A stretch of 64,000 nt of DNA from Candidatus Levybacteria bacterium RIFCSPLOWO2_02_FULL_37_18 (GTDB lineage Bacteria; Patescibacteriota; Microgenomatia; Levybacterales; UBA12049): assembly GCA_001784115.1 (NCBI GenBank), contig MFPD01000009.1, positions 7,520 to 71,519 of the forward strand, read 5' to 3'. The stretch's first letter is position 1. Every line of letters starts with the position of its first letter. Below, piece by piece: positions 1 to 8,867 of this stretch. The notes beneath the pieces were generated by a model. That model saw nothing but the letters and a program-made list of their open reading frames with translations, did not search any database and was not told the DNA's origin. The position numbers were made by a program, and so were the translations under genes.

Positions 1-11
1 CCGGTGTATAT

Positions 12-467
12 GTGAAGCAATGCGAAGATCAACTGACAAAAGGAAGTACTAGAAAATTCCTCACTCAGACGTACGGATATATTGGCTTGGCTTACTCTCT
101 TTCCAGAAAATACAAACTGGCAGTTTGTATGTTTGCTATGGCTAGTCACACTGCTGAGAAAATTTTCTCCCCGCCCAATCCTTATAATTTTTCCCACGTT
201 TTAAGTCTTGCGGAAATTGTATCTTTTTCCTACGCGGATGCTCTGCCTTTTTACCAACGCGCATTTGAGCTAAACGAAGGATTAAAAAATGAAGATTCGC
301 TCGATAAAGTTGAACATGAAATAAATCGTGAAAATATTATTGAAAGCGCAATTAATCACGGACTATTGGACTTTGCCAGACAAACGCTTTTAACAATTAC
401 CGACTTTCCTAATAACGGAGAAAAAGAAACCGCAAGACTCTGGATTTTTGACCGGTACCCCATATAA
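12..467 (+). CDS. hypothetical protein; the ORF track starts it at GTG 12 and the frame is open to the window edge, so it may be 5'-truncated
   Basis: 151-aa ORF from the six-frame track with no recognisable motif. It ends 360 bp before the next gene. Confidence 0.3.
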   Translation: MKQCEDQLTKGSTRKFLTQTYGYIGLAYSLSRKYKLAVCMFAMASHTAEKIFSPPNPYNFSHVLSLAEIVSFSYADALPFYQRAFELNEGLKNEDSLDKVEHEINRENIIESAINHGLLDFARQTLLTITDFPNNGEKETARLWIFDRYPI

Positions 468-834
468 TAAGACAAGTTTCTGAGAAAAAATGAGATAATT
501 AGGGGTACTATCAGTCAGAGAAAAATCATACCAAAAGAGATAAAAGGATTGTCAGGAAAAAAATATTCAAACTCTCAAAGAAGGTGGAAATCCAGATGTT
601 TTAAAAGCTCTTAAATATTTTGATCTTTCCTTTCCCAGAGGTCTTCCGAGAAGAGGAATTTTATTTGGAAGATAATCTACACGAGTTTCGCGTCCTCGAT
701 CAAGTCGAGGATGACAAGATGCGAAACCCGTAACCGGGAACGAATAAACTGATCAATATACAACGGTTACATTATAGGCTCTTGACAAATGCAGTAGAAT
801 ACATGTACGCTTCTTAAATAAGGCAGGCAATACA

Positions 835-3800
835 ATGCGTAAGAAACAATCGAGTATTGTCGTTTTTTGCTTTATTGCCGTTGTTTTTCTGCTCTTTATA
901 CAGAGAACTGCCTTTGCCTCACGAAGCAAATATTTTGATTTTGGCCCCTACTATAATAAACCTTACGTCCTTGGTGTTTCACTTTCTGTTTTAGAAAACC
1001 TTCCGGCAATTACCATACCAAAAGAAATCGTTCCTCCAAAAGCAACCGGCATTCTGCCGGGCAATCCGCTGCACGGACTTGAAACATTTGCCGAAAACAT
1101 TCAGCTCGGATTCACTTTTGATCCGGTTAAAAAAGAAGAACTCAGGTTGAATTTTGCGGAGGAACGCGTTGCCGAAGCGAAAACATTGCTTGAGGAAGGA
1201 AAAACAGAAGCAGCAAAAGAAGCAATGTATGAATATGACAACCACATTTCTACGCTCACCGACAATATCTCGCATTTGTCCCCCGAACAAAAAAAATCTC
1301 CTGAAAACCTTACCTTGATAAATAAAGCGGAAGAGGCTGCCGCGTCGCATGCAATACTCGCGCAAAGCCTAAGCACTAAGTCTTCTCCTGTGTATGCCGA
1401 AACGTGGAATCAAGCAGAAGAATCAAGCAGAAAACTTCTCGATACCGTTTCAGACATAAAAGGAGAACCGGCTGTGCCAGAGGAGCTAAAAACCGACATT
1501 CAAAAATTAAAAGAGTTCGGAATTGTTTCGGAAGAAGAAAGCAACAAACTTTACAGCTACAAAACAAGAAGTGAATTACGAAGTGAACTTGAAAAACTAT
1601 CAAGCTCCGGACAATTTCCTCTTTCTGAGCTGGCGAAACTCGACACCGGCATTGCCAAACGATATAAAGAATCGTACGATCAACAGCTCTCAAACCTGGA
1701 AGTCGTGGAATTAAAAACATATCAAACACTTGCCCAACCGTCTCAAGATATACTTGCGGATTTAGAAACTTGGAAAGAAGACACTTCAGTTCCGCCGCCA
1801 AACAATATACGACCCTATCTATGGTATAACCATGCACAAGATCTTGCAAAAGAAGTTGACTTATCAAACTTCTCTTCGGATCAACAGGCGCAGGTCGGAA
1901 AATTCTATCCTCAAGCCGTAACCGAAAATAAAACATACTCACCCCCGCCGGTTCCATCGGCAACACCAAGTCCAACACCCCCGCCGGTTCCATCGGGACC
2001 AACCCCATCGGTTTCGCCGACTTCCCCGTCCGTCTCTCCTTCTCCCCAACCAAGCGTTACGCCTGTATCCGCAGCACCTTATATCGGTGAAACAGCCGGA
2101 GCTATACCGGGTGATCCTGCATATTTTTTCAAACAATTTGGAGAACAAGCAAGATTCGCCTTTACTTTTGATCCTGCTCAAAAGGCAAGGCTTAAAATGC
2201 AAGAGGCGGATCGCCGTCTTGCCGAAGCAAGAAAACTGGCATACGATACAAAAAAAGCAAGTCTCTATGAAGCATCGCTTACCCGCTATCGGGAAACAAT
2301 CGTCGATGCCTCACGGTATCTTAAAAATATTTCCAATCCCCAAGAGGCAAAAGACGCTGCAGAACAGATGGAATCCCTTGCAGGACGGCATGAGATAGTT
2401 TTGGAAAAAGGACTCCTTCCTCCGCCCGCAAACAAAACAACTATTATTGGTGATATGATTCTGTCTGCAGAAGACGCAATGGATATAAGCGCTGACAAAC
2501 TCGACAAACCGGCGATTCCTCCTGCCCTTTCTCAGCGTCTCGATGATTTAAAAGCGCAAGGATTGATTCTACCAGAAGAAGCAAACGACTTAGTGATATC
2601 TTCTACGCGCCAACAAGCACGGGAGAAAATCAGAAAACTTGTTGACTTGGAAACATTTCCTCTTGCCGACGCGAAAAAACTTGACGAAGCACAAACGCTT
2701 ACCTCAACGTCTGACTACAATCAATTAGTTGAAGTACGAAAAATAGAAGAGTTGCAAAAACTGAGAGCTGCTCAAGCCGGATTTGCTCAAACTCCCTCCT
2801 TAAAAGCAAACGCACAAACGCTTTCACAACGAGAAATTATACTAACCAGCAGCATTGACACTTCTGTTATCAAACCCGGGGACTTGGCAGGAAGAGAAGA
2901 TCTTCTCAAGGTATATCAAACTATTTCAAAGAATGTCAAACCTATAAATAGTGGCCAGTTTGGTCCTGATGTAAAACCAGGAGTCACCCCAAGCGTAACG
3001 CCGACTCCCACGGGCACTGCTGCCCCGCGATCTTCCGATGCTGTCCTTACAACGTGTCCTATTGGAGCAACATTTAAGCAGTTTGAAGGTTGTGTATGGG
3101 AAGACGGTAAAAAAATAAATGACTATGATCAGTATAAATGCGGTGGTCCCAGACAATACTACTCGTTTGCGGTAAAAAAGTGTATTGCCTGGGAACCCGG
3201 GAAGGGATTTGGTGTTGATGCCGGTCCAATCTGTCCTGTCGGATACGCCTGGTCCTGGCAAACACAAAGTTGCCAAACCTCTCCACTTGTTGTTCCTACT
3301 CCTACAGCCCAACCCGAAGCAATAAATGAAAAAGAACGAAAAGAACGAGAAAAACAATGTCCGGAAGGTTCGACTTATAAATTCCCCGATGGATGCGTAT
3401 GGGACAAAGACGGCAAGTCTGTTTTAGATCCAAAAAGATACGACTGCCCAAGAGGACAATATTATTCGTTTGAAAAACTTGATTGTGTCCCATCGCCCAA
3501 AGAAGGACAACCGTACCCAAAAGATGCTGGTATTACGTGCAAGGAATCCAACGCTGTCTGGAGCTGGCCTGAGGGCGCCTGCAGGCCTATTACAGAACCA
3601 CAACCTCTTGCCCAGACAAAAGATTTTGAAGTCCCAAGACCATTTTTAGTTGCGCCCGACAGTCCGTTTTATTTTGTAAAACAACTTGGAGAAACGATCC
3701 AGCTTGCAACAGCGCTTACTCCGAAAGCAAAAGAAGAAGTACGAATTGCCCAGGCAAAAGAACGGCTAGCCGAAGGATATGATGCGATAATTAAAAAGGA

Positions 3801-6093
3801 TGAAACACAATTTAAAGAAAGCCTGTCGGAGTATACGACAAAAATGCAAGAATTATTTAACGATCTTTCAAAATCGTCACTCTCTTCCGAGGACAAAAAA
3901 AACGTAGGGCAACACTTAAGCAAGCAGGTTGTCGAACAAAACTTGCTGCTGCAAAATATTTCCGCGGTAGCAAGCGATGCGCAGGAAATAAGTATAAATT
4001 CGGCAGTATCTACCACGGTATTAGGAGTAGATAAAGCAGCTGATCTTTCCGGAGAGCCTCCCATTCCTGCTTATGTAAAAGAAAAACTGGAAGCGCTCCC
4101 TAAGGGAATGATTCCCGAGGAAGAAAAGAAAAAATTACTTAAAACGTCTTCCCGTGTTGAAGCAAGGCTCAAACTCGGAAGCCTTGTGTCAGACGGCGTT
4201 CTTACACAAACCGATACTGCTTTTCTGAATGATGATTTTGAAAAAGCTGATATCAACGCAAAAATCAAAACAGAAGAACTTAAAAAACTCGAAGAAATAA
4301 CAACAGTCACAAAACAAAAAGACGAAATAGAGAAAAAAGTTGAAAAGAATGAAAAGATTGTAAAACAGCTTGATGAGTTTGAAAAAACCTTTGAAGTTGG
4401 AAAAGAAGTGCCGGCTGACATCCGCCCGTATGTCAGGCTTACCCGAATCAACGAAATCGCGCAAACGATCCGCCCTGATATTGTAAAACTTGAAGACTTC
4501 TCCAATCGCAGGGACGTGATTTTGGCGGTTGCAACCTTACAGGAAGAGTTTAAGCCTACCAAACAAGCCTTTCAGCAGCTTGCCGACTTTAGAAGAAGAA
4601 ACCCGGGCGCCAGCTTACCTTATGATTTGGCCCGGATTGAGGCTCTGTCATATAGCCTGGGTGTAAGGGATCAGGCTTCTGCCTGTTACCTGCCCCCGCC
4701 CTTCCCGGCCTATACCCCTTGTCCGGCACCGGGGGCAGCCATTCCCATTGTCTCATATTTTGGGCCAGAGGCGGTAATAGCTGGCGAGTTCCGACCCGGC
4801 TGGCCGGGCTCAACTGGACCCAGCGGTCCTTCCGTTGACAAAGACGGCAAACCTTTTATTTACGGCCAAGGACCAAAAGCGGAGAGCTTTGGAGTTTGTG
4901 CCGAGGGCTTTCACTGGATGTACGACTCGGGTGGTTGGTGTATGAGCAACAGCGGCAGCTACACCTCATCAGGCAGCAATACTGCTTATGGCGGGCCGGT
5001 CGGCTCTGGTTATACTCCTTACAGCCCTTACTACAATGCCCCTGGAGTACCTCCTGCCAGTTATGGTTACCAAGATCCTGGCAGCTATCCAACCTATACA
5101 ACTGGTGGTAGCCCATATCCTTATCCACCGCCCAGTTACTATGGTGTGGCGCCAACAAACTATACAACAGATCCTCCTATCGGGACAGTGCCGGGAACAG
5201 GACCGGCTCCAACAGCATCAGGCCAGTGTCCTTCGGGATTTCACTGGATGCCGCCTTCTTATAATCAAGCTGGGTGGTGTATGGCAGACTCGGGAACCTA
5301 TGTGCCAGGCGGTCCTACCCCAACAGGACCTTATTCTCCAAATCTAAATCAAAGCAGTTGCGGTCCTGGATATTACTGGGATGGCCGGGGTTGTATTCGC
5401 ACAAGTCCTACCGATACTTATGGTTCTTGTAGTCCTCCGGGAGGCGGTTGCGGATACAATTCCTATTGGGATTATGGGAGCTGTTCCTGCAGAAGTTCAA
5501 GCATTTATACCGGCGGGGGTAACCCTACATCCGGTAATTCTTGCCAAGGAATCAGTTGTGGCGGAGGATCTTACTTAGACTACTCAACCTGCAGTTGCAG
5601 ATATTCTCCATCCGGACCTACCGGACCTAGTGGAATTGTCACTTCTCCCAATTGTTTCCCACCTGCTGGTGGATGCGGGTCAGGTTGGTTTGACAGCGGG
5701 TCTTGTTCATGTAAACAAGCTTCATCACAAGGATGCTACAACGTATCAGCCTCCAGTTGCGGAAGCGGATTTTATTGGGACTCTTCTGCATGTACATGTC
5801 GCTCAAGCAGCAGCACATCAACTTCAACAGGTTCTTCCGGCAGCACATCAACTTCTTCTTCTACTGGCTCATGTCCATCCGGATATCACTGGATGAGCGA
5901 TAATGGAGGTTGGTGTATGTCAGACGGGAGTTCAAGCAGCAGCACGTCTCCGCCACCTTCAACAACTACTACAACTACAACAGAATCGTCTCCGCCACCT
6001 TCAACAACTACTACAACTACAACAGAATCGTCTCCGCCACCTTCAACAACTGAAACAACCGCACCACCCCCTGCTCAGACGACGTCTCCATAA
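835..6093 (+). CDS. giant secreted modular surface protein (1752 aa). It has a signal peptide, three copies of a ~110-aa alpha-helical module, Pro/Thr/Ser linkers, two ~90-aa Cys-rich repeats, a Gly/Tyr/Pro/Ser-rich Cys-motif tail and a Ser/Thr tandem repeat.
   Basis: The N-terminus MRKKQSSIVVFCFIAVVFLLFIQRTAFA is a signal peptide. A module occurs three times (GFTFDPVKKEELRLNFAEERVAEAK / FAFTFDPAQKARLKMQEADRRLAEAR / FVKQLGETIQLATALTPKAKEEVRIAQAKERLAEG). A Cys-rich unit of the form CPxGxT(F/Y)KxxDGCVW...QYYSF occurs twice. The motif C(P/A)xG(F/Y)HWM...GWCM occurs three times, with several CGxGYYWD...C(T/S)C units. There is no LPXTG motif at the end. Confidence 0.75.
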   Translation: MRKKQSSIVVFCFIAVVFLLFIQRTAFASRSKYFDFGPYYNKPYVLGVSLSVLENLPAITIPKEIVPPKATGILPGNPLHGLETFAENIQLGFTFDPVKKEELRLNFAEERVAEAKTLLEEGKTEAAKEAMYEYDNHISTLTDNISHLSPEQKKSPENLTLINKAEEAAASHAILAQSLSTKSSPVYAETWNQAEESSRKLLDTVSDIKGEPAVPEELKTDIQKLKEFGIVSEEESNKLYSYKTRSELRSELEKLSSSGQFPLSELAKLDTGIAKRYKESYDQQLSNLEVVELKTYQTLAQPSQDILADLETWKEDTSVPPPNNIRPYLWYNHAQDLAKEVDLSNFSSDQQAQVGKFYPQAVTENKTYSPPPVPSATPSPTPPPVPSGPTPSVSPTSPSVSPSPQPSVTPVSAAPYIGETAGAIPGDPAYFFKQFGEQARFAFTFDPAQKARLKMQEADRRLAEARKLAYDTKKASLYEASLTRYRETIVDASRYLKNISNPQEAKDAAEQMESLAGRHEIVLEKGLLPPPANKTTIIGDMILSAEDAMDISADKLDKPAIPPALSQRLDDLKAQGLILPEEANDLVISSTRQQAREKIRKLVDLETFPLADAKKLDEAQTLTSTSDYNQLVEVRKIEELQKLRAAQAGFAQTPSLKANAQTLSQREIILTSSIDTSVIKPGDLAGREDLLKVYQTISKNVKPINSGQFGPDVKPGVTPSVTPTPTGTAAPRSSDAVLTTCPIGATFKQFEGCVWEDGKKINDYDQYKCGGPRQYYSFAVKKCIAWEPGKGFGVDAGPICPVGYAWSWQTQSCQTSPLVVPTPTAQPEAINEKERKEREKQCPEGSTYKFPDGCVWDKDGKSVLDPKRYDCPRGQYYSFEKLDCVPSPKEGQPYPKDAGITCKESNAVWSWPEGACRPITEPQPLAQTKDFEVPRPFLVAPDSPFYFVKQLGETIQLATALTPKAKEEVRIAQAKERLAEGYDAIIKKDETQFKESLSEYTTKMQELFNDLSKSSLSSEDKKNVGQHLSKQVVEQNLLLQNISAVASDAQEISINSAVSTTVLGVDKAADLSGEPPIPAYVKEKLEALPKGMIPEEEKKKLLKTSSRVEARLKLGSLVSDGVLTQTDTAFLNDDFEKADINAKIKTEELKKLEEITTVTKQKDEIEKKVEKNEKIVKQLDEFEKTFEVGKEVPADIRPYVRLTRINEIAQTIRPDIVKLEDFSNRRDVILAVATLQEEFKPTKQAFQQLADFRRRNPGASLPYDLARIEALSYSLGVRDQASACYLPPPFPAYTPCPAPGAAIPIVSYFGPEAVIAGEFRPGWPGSTGPSGPSVDKDGKPFIYGQGPKAESFGVCAEGFHWMYDSGGWCMSNSGSYTSSGSNTAYGGPVGSGYTPYSPYYNAPGVPPASYGYQDPGSYPTYTTGGSPYPYPPPSYYGVAPTNYTTDPPIGTVPGTGPAPTASGQCPSGFHWMPPSYNQAGWCMADSGTYVPGGPTPTGPYSPNLNQSSCGPGYYWDGRGCIRTSPTDTYGSCSPPGGGCGYNSYWDYGSCSCRSSSIYTGGGNPTSGNSCQGISCGGGSYLDYSTCSCRYSPSGPTGPSGIVTSPNCFPPAGGCGSGWFDSGSCSCKQASSQGCYNVSASSCGSGFYWDSSACTCRSSSSTSTSTGSSGSTSTSSSTGSCPSGYHWMSDNGGWCMSDGSSSSSTSPPPSTTTTTTTESSPPPSTTTTTTTESSPPPSTTETTAPPPAQTTSP
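5945..6052 (+). repeat. perfect 42-bp tandem repeat (2.6 copies) encoding ESSPPPSTTTTTTT at the C-terminus of the giant protein
   Basis: cgtctccgccaccttcaacaactactacaactacaacagaat starts at 5945, 5987 and 6029, giving a 42-bp period. Confidence 0.85.
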
Positions 6094-6121
6094 AAAACCG
6101 TTTGGGAGTTATCAAAGAAAA

Positions 6122-6201
6122 CGTCATCACGAGGTCGCCTGAGGCGACCGTGGTGATCTCGTAAGATTGTTTCTCCGCCAAATGGCGGATCCGCGATGAC
6201 G
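6122..6201. repeat. GTCAT-family palindromic element (gtcatcacgagg...ccgcgatgac) with an internal GC hairpin ggtcgcctgaggcgacc. It sits between convergent genes and is probably a bidirectional terminator.
   Basis: Inverted termini are visible in the sequence, and 15 or more related copies occur in this window. Confidence 0.7.
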
Positions 6202-6228
6202 CAGTTTTGAAACTCTTGGACGGTTACA

Positions 6229-7059
6229 CTATCTTGTATTTTTTCCACGCCCCTTAAGCCTGTACGTAACAGTTACCAAACCGGCGGCGGTCGCTACGAC
6301 TGCCGCAGCTACCACAGGATGATCTTTCATTACGGTCCATGCGGTTAATGCTCCAATCTCAAAGGGGTACAAGATTCCTTTCTTGTGCATTGTTTTTAAC
6401 ACTTTCTCCCAGATAATGGGCATGTTGAGTTGTATTAAAAGTTCCAGACGAACTTCTTCTTTTGTTTTAATAATCTCTGCTTGAGTCAGAGAGATTATTG
6501 GAATTGCTGCATCGGAAAACGTAACTGCGTGTATTGCCTCTGCAAACGGATGACCTACAAATTCACTGTTTTTTCGTAATGTTTTCTGTAGATGTTCACC
6601 AACTGCATGAAGTGGAGCTTGCATTGCGTTTGCACGTGCCTCGACTAATCTAAGTCCGTCTTCAAATGAGAGAGCCCCGGCAAAGACCAGAGCACTAATA
6701 AAGCCCACTCCTTGTTCTCCTGTTATGACTTCCGGAGTTTTATAGTCTATATTTTTTTCATTCAAAAAAAGACTGCCGACGTTATAAATAAATCTATTGA
6801 GATCCCGAAACAGAAGCTGTCCTTGATACTCTTTTGACTCGCTAAAAGCCATGTCGGCAAGGGGAATCTGTAAAAATCTCTCTGCCCTTTGATATATACC
6901 AAAAAATTCATGAGAACTTGCGTGTAGTGCTTTTGCTTTTTCGGTTATATCCTCGGAGCTTGGAATAATAAAACCTACCCGTTTTATTCCCCGCTCCGTA
7001 GTAACTACAAACGTTTCTGTTCTACTCGAAACAAAAGTCTCTCTTAAGCTTCGTGCCAT
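6229..7059 (-). CDS. FabD-like acyltransferase-fold protein (malonyl-CoA:ACP transacylase family) whose GHSxG nucleophile motif is replaced
   Basis: [34 protein letters not shown] aligns to FabD [33 protein letters not shown]. The catalytic Ser of GHSLG is absent (GEQGVG) and the N-terminal GQGSQ motif is degenerate. Confidence 0.4.
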   Translation of the reverse strand: [276 protein letters not shown]

Positions 7060-7120
7060 ACGTATAGTGAGAGGTATTATATAGAATCAAGGAAAATACT
7101 CAAGACTAAATTCAAAATGC

Positions 7121-7235
7121 TGGCCCTGACCCATTGTCCCCCGAGTCAGACTCGGAGTATCGTAGGCGCTGAGCCGTTTTACTTCTGAGTTCGGAAAGGG
7201 ATCAGGTAGTTCCAACTCGCTCAAAGGACCAGCAA
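7121..7235 (-). rRNA. rrf: 5S rRNA
   Basis: The reverse complement contains CCGAACTCAGAAGTAAAACGGCTCAGCGCC (the classic CCGAACTCAGAAGTGAAACG box). Its ends pair (gctggtcc...ggccagc). It lies directly downstream of the 23S. Confidence 0.7.
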
Positions 7236-7255
7236 AAACGACTTTTCTTTAGAGA

Positions 7256-7333
7256 ATGTCGTCCTGAGGAACATTGCGACGAAGGATCTTTAAAAAGATT
7301 CTTCGTTCTGCTTTTCAGAACTCAGAATGACAT
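7256..7333. repeat. GTCAT-family palindromic element (tgtcgtcctgagg...ctcagaatgaca)
   Basis: inverted termini; located in the 5S-23S spacer. Confidence 0.65.
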
Positions 7334-7535
7334 TGTGTTATGAATAGCTCCTTGAAAGTGAAGAGAAAGGTCCTGCAGTGCAGGATTTGATCTTTATAGA
7401 AAAACTACTCTTTGACCATTAGTACGGGTAGGCTTAACACTTTACAGTGCTTCCACCGCCCGCCTATCAACGTCGTAGTCTACAACGGGTCTCTCCCCCG
7501 ATTAAATCGGGGAACGAGATATTATCTTGAGGTTT

Positions 7536-7566
<31 letters not shown>

Positions 7567-7787
7567 AGTTAGGAATATAGCTACTCAGCGCTGCCCTTGT
7601 AAGGAACAACTGACACACCAGGGATTCCTCCAATCCAGTCCTCTCGTACTAGGATCGGATCCTCTCAAATCTCGAACGGTTATCCAGGATAGAGTCCGAA
7701 CTGATTCACATCGTTCTTAACCCAGCTCGCGTACCGCTTTAACGGGCGAACAGCCCGACCCTTGGAAGCTTCTCCACCTCCAGGATG

Positions 7788-8619
7788 CGATGCACATACT
7801 CTTTTGTTTCCAAAAGTGCAGACTATATCATCACCCCGAGTTACTCTCGGGGGTTGGCATATGATAACTCGTGTATTTTTTTATCTTGAGCTATCTCATC
7901 CGTCAGTTGACGGATTCAGTCGTTACGGGGTCAAGCTCTAGAAGACAGATGACAGAATACAGAAAACCTGCCTACCGACAGGCAGGCAGGACAGATTGCA
8001 GATAAAACAGATCAAAAACAGAAATTCTTAATAGGAGTATGTTTTCCAGTTTTTAATAAATTGCTGAAGTTGTTTAGATTCAATTTTATATCTATCAATC
8101 AGAATGTCACACAGCTTCTGATTAATACGACTAATTCTTTTTGCGAGAATTTTTACTACTTGAACATGAGTAATGAGTTCATCTGATGTTCCCATTGCTA
8201 TTTCAAGAAAACGCTTAAACTCTTTTTCAGATCTTTTTTTGCCAAATCCTTCAGCAATATGCGCTGGAATTGATTCTCCGCATTCGATTAGTTGACCTTT
8301 TAGTTTTCTATGACTCTCTGGAATTTGATTTGCTAAGTCATAAACTAGTGGCAATGCTTCCAAAGCATTCTTGTAAACTTGAAGATCTGTTACCTCTCGA
8401 ATCATGAGAATAGCGTATCATACTTCCGTACTTTCTGTTCTATCCGTTATCCGTCTTCTGTTCTCTGTCATCCGTCCTCAAAAACCGACTTCCCACGGTA
8501 TTGTCCATTGACTTTATCATAACTAGAGAAGATTCATTTAGTCAAGAGGAGTTCACCGTTATTAGCCAAATTTGCTTCAATAATTACTTATTGAAGGGCC
8601 CAAACGCTATTTGCGTTTT
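7788..8619 (-). mobile_element. group I intron-like insertion in 23S (832 nt) carrying a four-helix-bundle ORF
   Basis: Flanking exons read GATGTCGGCT | ... | CATCCTGGAGG, which matches E. coli 23S GTCGGCTC|ATCACATCCTGGGG. A group I S-element-like motif GATGATATAGTCTGC lies ~60 nt from the 3' boundary. Long ACAGAA-word inverted arms flank the ORF (7940-8000 and 8420-8480). Confidence 0.5.
8028..8405 (-). CDS. four-helix-bundle protein (TIGR02436, 23S rRNA intervening-sequence protein family)
   Basis: 125 aa with EALPLVYDLANQIPESHRKLKGQLIECGESIPAHIAEGFGKK...FKRFLEIAMGTSDEL, a family signature. It is encoded inside the 23S insertion. Confidence 0.7.
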   Translation of the reverse strand: MIREVTDLQVYKNALEALPLVYDLANQIPESHRKLKGQLIECGESIPAHIAEGFGKKRSEKEFKRFLEIAMGTSDELITHVQVVKILAKRISRINQKLCDILIDRYKIESKQLQQFIKNWKTYSY

Positions 8620-8867
8620 AGCCGACATCGAGGTGCCAAACCGCCACGTCGCTGTGAACGCTTGGTGGCGATTAGCCTGTTATCCCCGGGGTAGCTTATA
8701 TCCGTTAAGCTCCGTCGCTACCACTAGCGTGCGGAGGATCACTAACACCTGCTTTCGCATCTGCTCGACTTGTAGGTCTCGCAGTTAAGCTGGCTTATGC
8801 GTTTGCGCTATCAGTCCGATTTCCATCCGGACTTAGCCAACCTTTGTACAACTCCGTTGCAATGTAG

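Noticed and set aside
782-810. TTGACA at 782-787 as the -35 of the giant-gene promoter
   Set aside because: No acceptable -10 lies at 16-18 nt. The only TAGAAT (795-800) is 7 nt away. The promoter cannot be assigned confidently.
5903-6142. 79-aa ORF LQQLLQLQQNRLRHLQQ on the plus strand, overlapping the end of the giant gene
   Set aside because: It is the alternate-frame reading of the 42-bp tandem repeat and of the GTCAT element, so it is not a gene.
7141-7165. Hairpin CCGAGTCAGACTCGG inside the 5S gene, identical to the hairpin nested in several GTCAT elements
   Set aside because: It aligns to 5S helix IV, so it is probably native rRNA structure. The identity to the repeat hairpin may be coincidental, or the repeat hairpin may derive from it. 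I did not count it as an insertion.
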